DNA of 64,000 bases from a virus. The translations under genes and the position numbers were made by a program. Shown here piece after piece: positions 63,727 to 64,000 of the stretch; the stretch's first letter is position 1; each line of letters starts with the position of its first letter. The DNA is taken from positions 31,181 through 95,180 of IMG/VR virus record IMGVR_UViG_3300045971_000277; one strand, written 5' to 3'. The notes below the pieces were generated by a model. That model was not told the origin of the DNA. It made no database searches and saw only the letters and a program-made list of their open reading frames with translations.

Positions 63727-64000
63727 TTTCTATCGTATTTATAATATCTTCGCCTTCACGCATTAATGCATCTGGATCAATGTCGGGCAGCTTGCCTGAG
63801 CTTACAAACACCTTCCAATCTTCCATCGGCGTCTTCGTCGCTTTCAACTCAGGTATCAACTCTTTAACGGCCGTGTATGGCTCCGTGATGATCTTAAGCG
63901 AACGCGCCCCCGTCTGTTCTCTAAGTGACCGCTCTAAGGTTGAAACCTTACTTATTGAACATAATTGGGCGGCGTCTCCTCTTAGTATTATCCTAACAAT
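63701..64000 (-). CDS. C-terminal fragment of a probable SbcD/Mre11-like (gp47-like) nuclease (gene starts beyond the window; not in the ORF track)
   Basis: Open frame from 64000: IVRIILRGDAAQLCSISKVSTLERSLREQTGARSLKII...EDWKVFV...EGEDIINTIENGTPARTA*; VRI.L.G pattern and position upstream of the SbcC-like gene. Confidence 0.55.
   Translation of the reverse strand: MVRIILRGDAAQLCSISKVSTLERSLREQTGARSLKIITEPYTAVKELIPELKATKTPMEDWKVFVSSGKLPDIDPDALMREGEDIINTIENGTPARTA

Noticed and set aside
1-64000. tRNA, rRNA, integrase or transposase genes
   Set aside because: No cloverleaf/T-loop signatures or recombinase motifs were recognised by eye; tRNAscan-SE was not run.

Overview
This 64 kb window is the virion-morphogenesis region of a large lytic myovirus (contractile tail). 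On the + strand it runs from the 3' end of the major capsid gene through head/neck accessory genes, a membrane/lysis-like cluster, a 1774-aa repeat fibre with adjacent glycosyltransferase and methyltransferase, neck genes, sheath, tube, tail chaperones (with a -1 frameshift site), tape measure, baseplate, a beta-helix tail fibre and an amidase endolysin. At about 59.25 kb the strand switches to a minus-strand block with an HNH gene, an FmdB-type zinc ribbon, a trigger-factor homologue and SbcC/SbcD-like recombination genes. No tRNA, rRNA, CRISPR array, integrase or reverse transcriptase was seen. The most unusual signal is that 8-9 fibre/lectin-like genes inside the structural operons begin with Sec-type signal peptides and the fibre/lectin-like ones among them are cysteine-rich, whereas core virion proteins have none. 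This suggests an exported, disulfide-folded set of virion appendages or infected-cell surface proteins, possibly linked to the phage trigger factor that lacks its PPIase domain. Other highlights are an IscB-type PLMP/RRXRR domain fused to a phage protein behind a structured RNA leader, a Vsr/DUF559-Mom fusion flanked by a 10-bp direct repeat, and endonuclease genes that end in copies of the upstream gene's last codons. All family calls are from motif recognition by eye; no database searches were run. The host is unknown; a GC-rich diderm is inferred from the lipoprotein-like and spanin-like genes.
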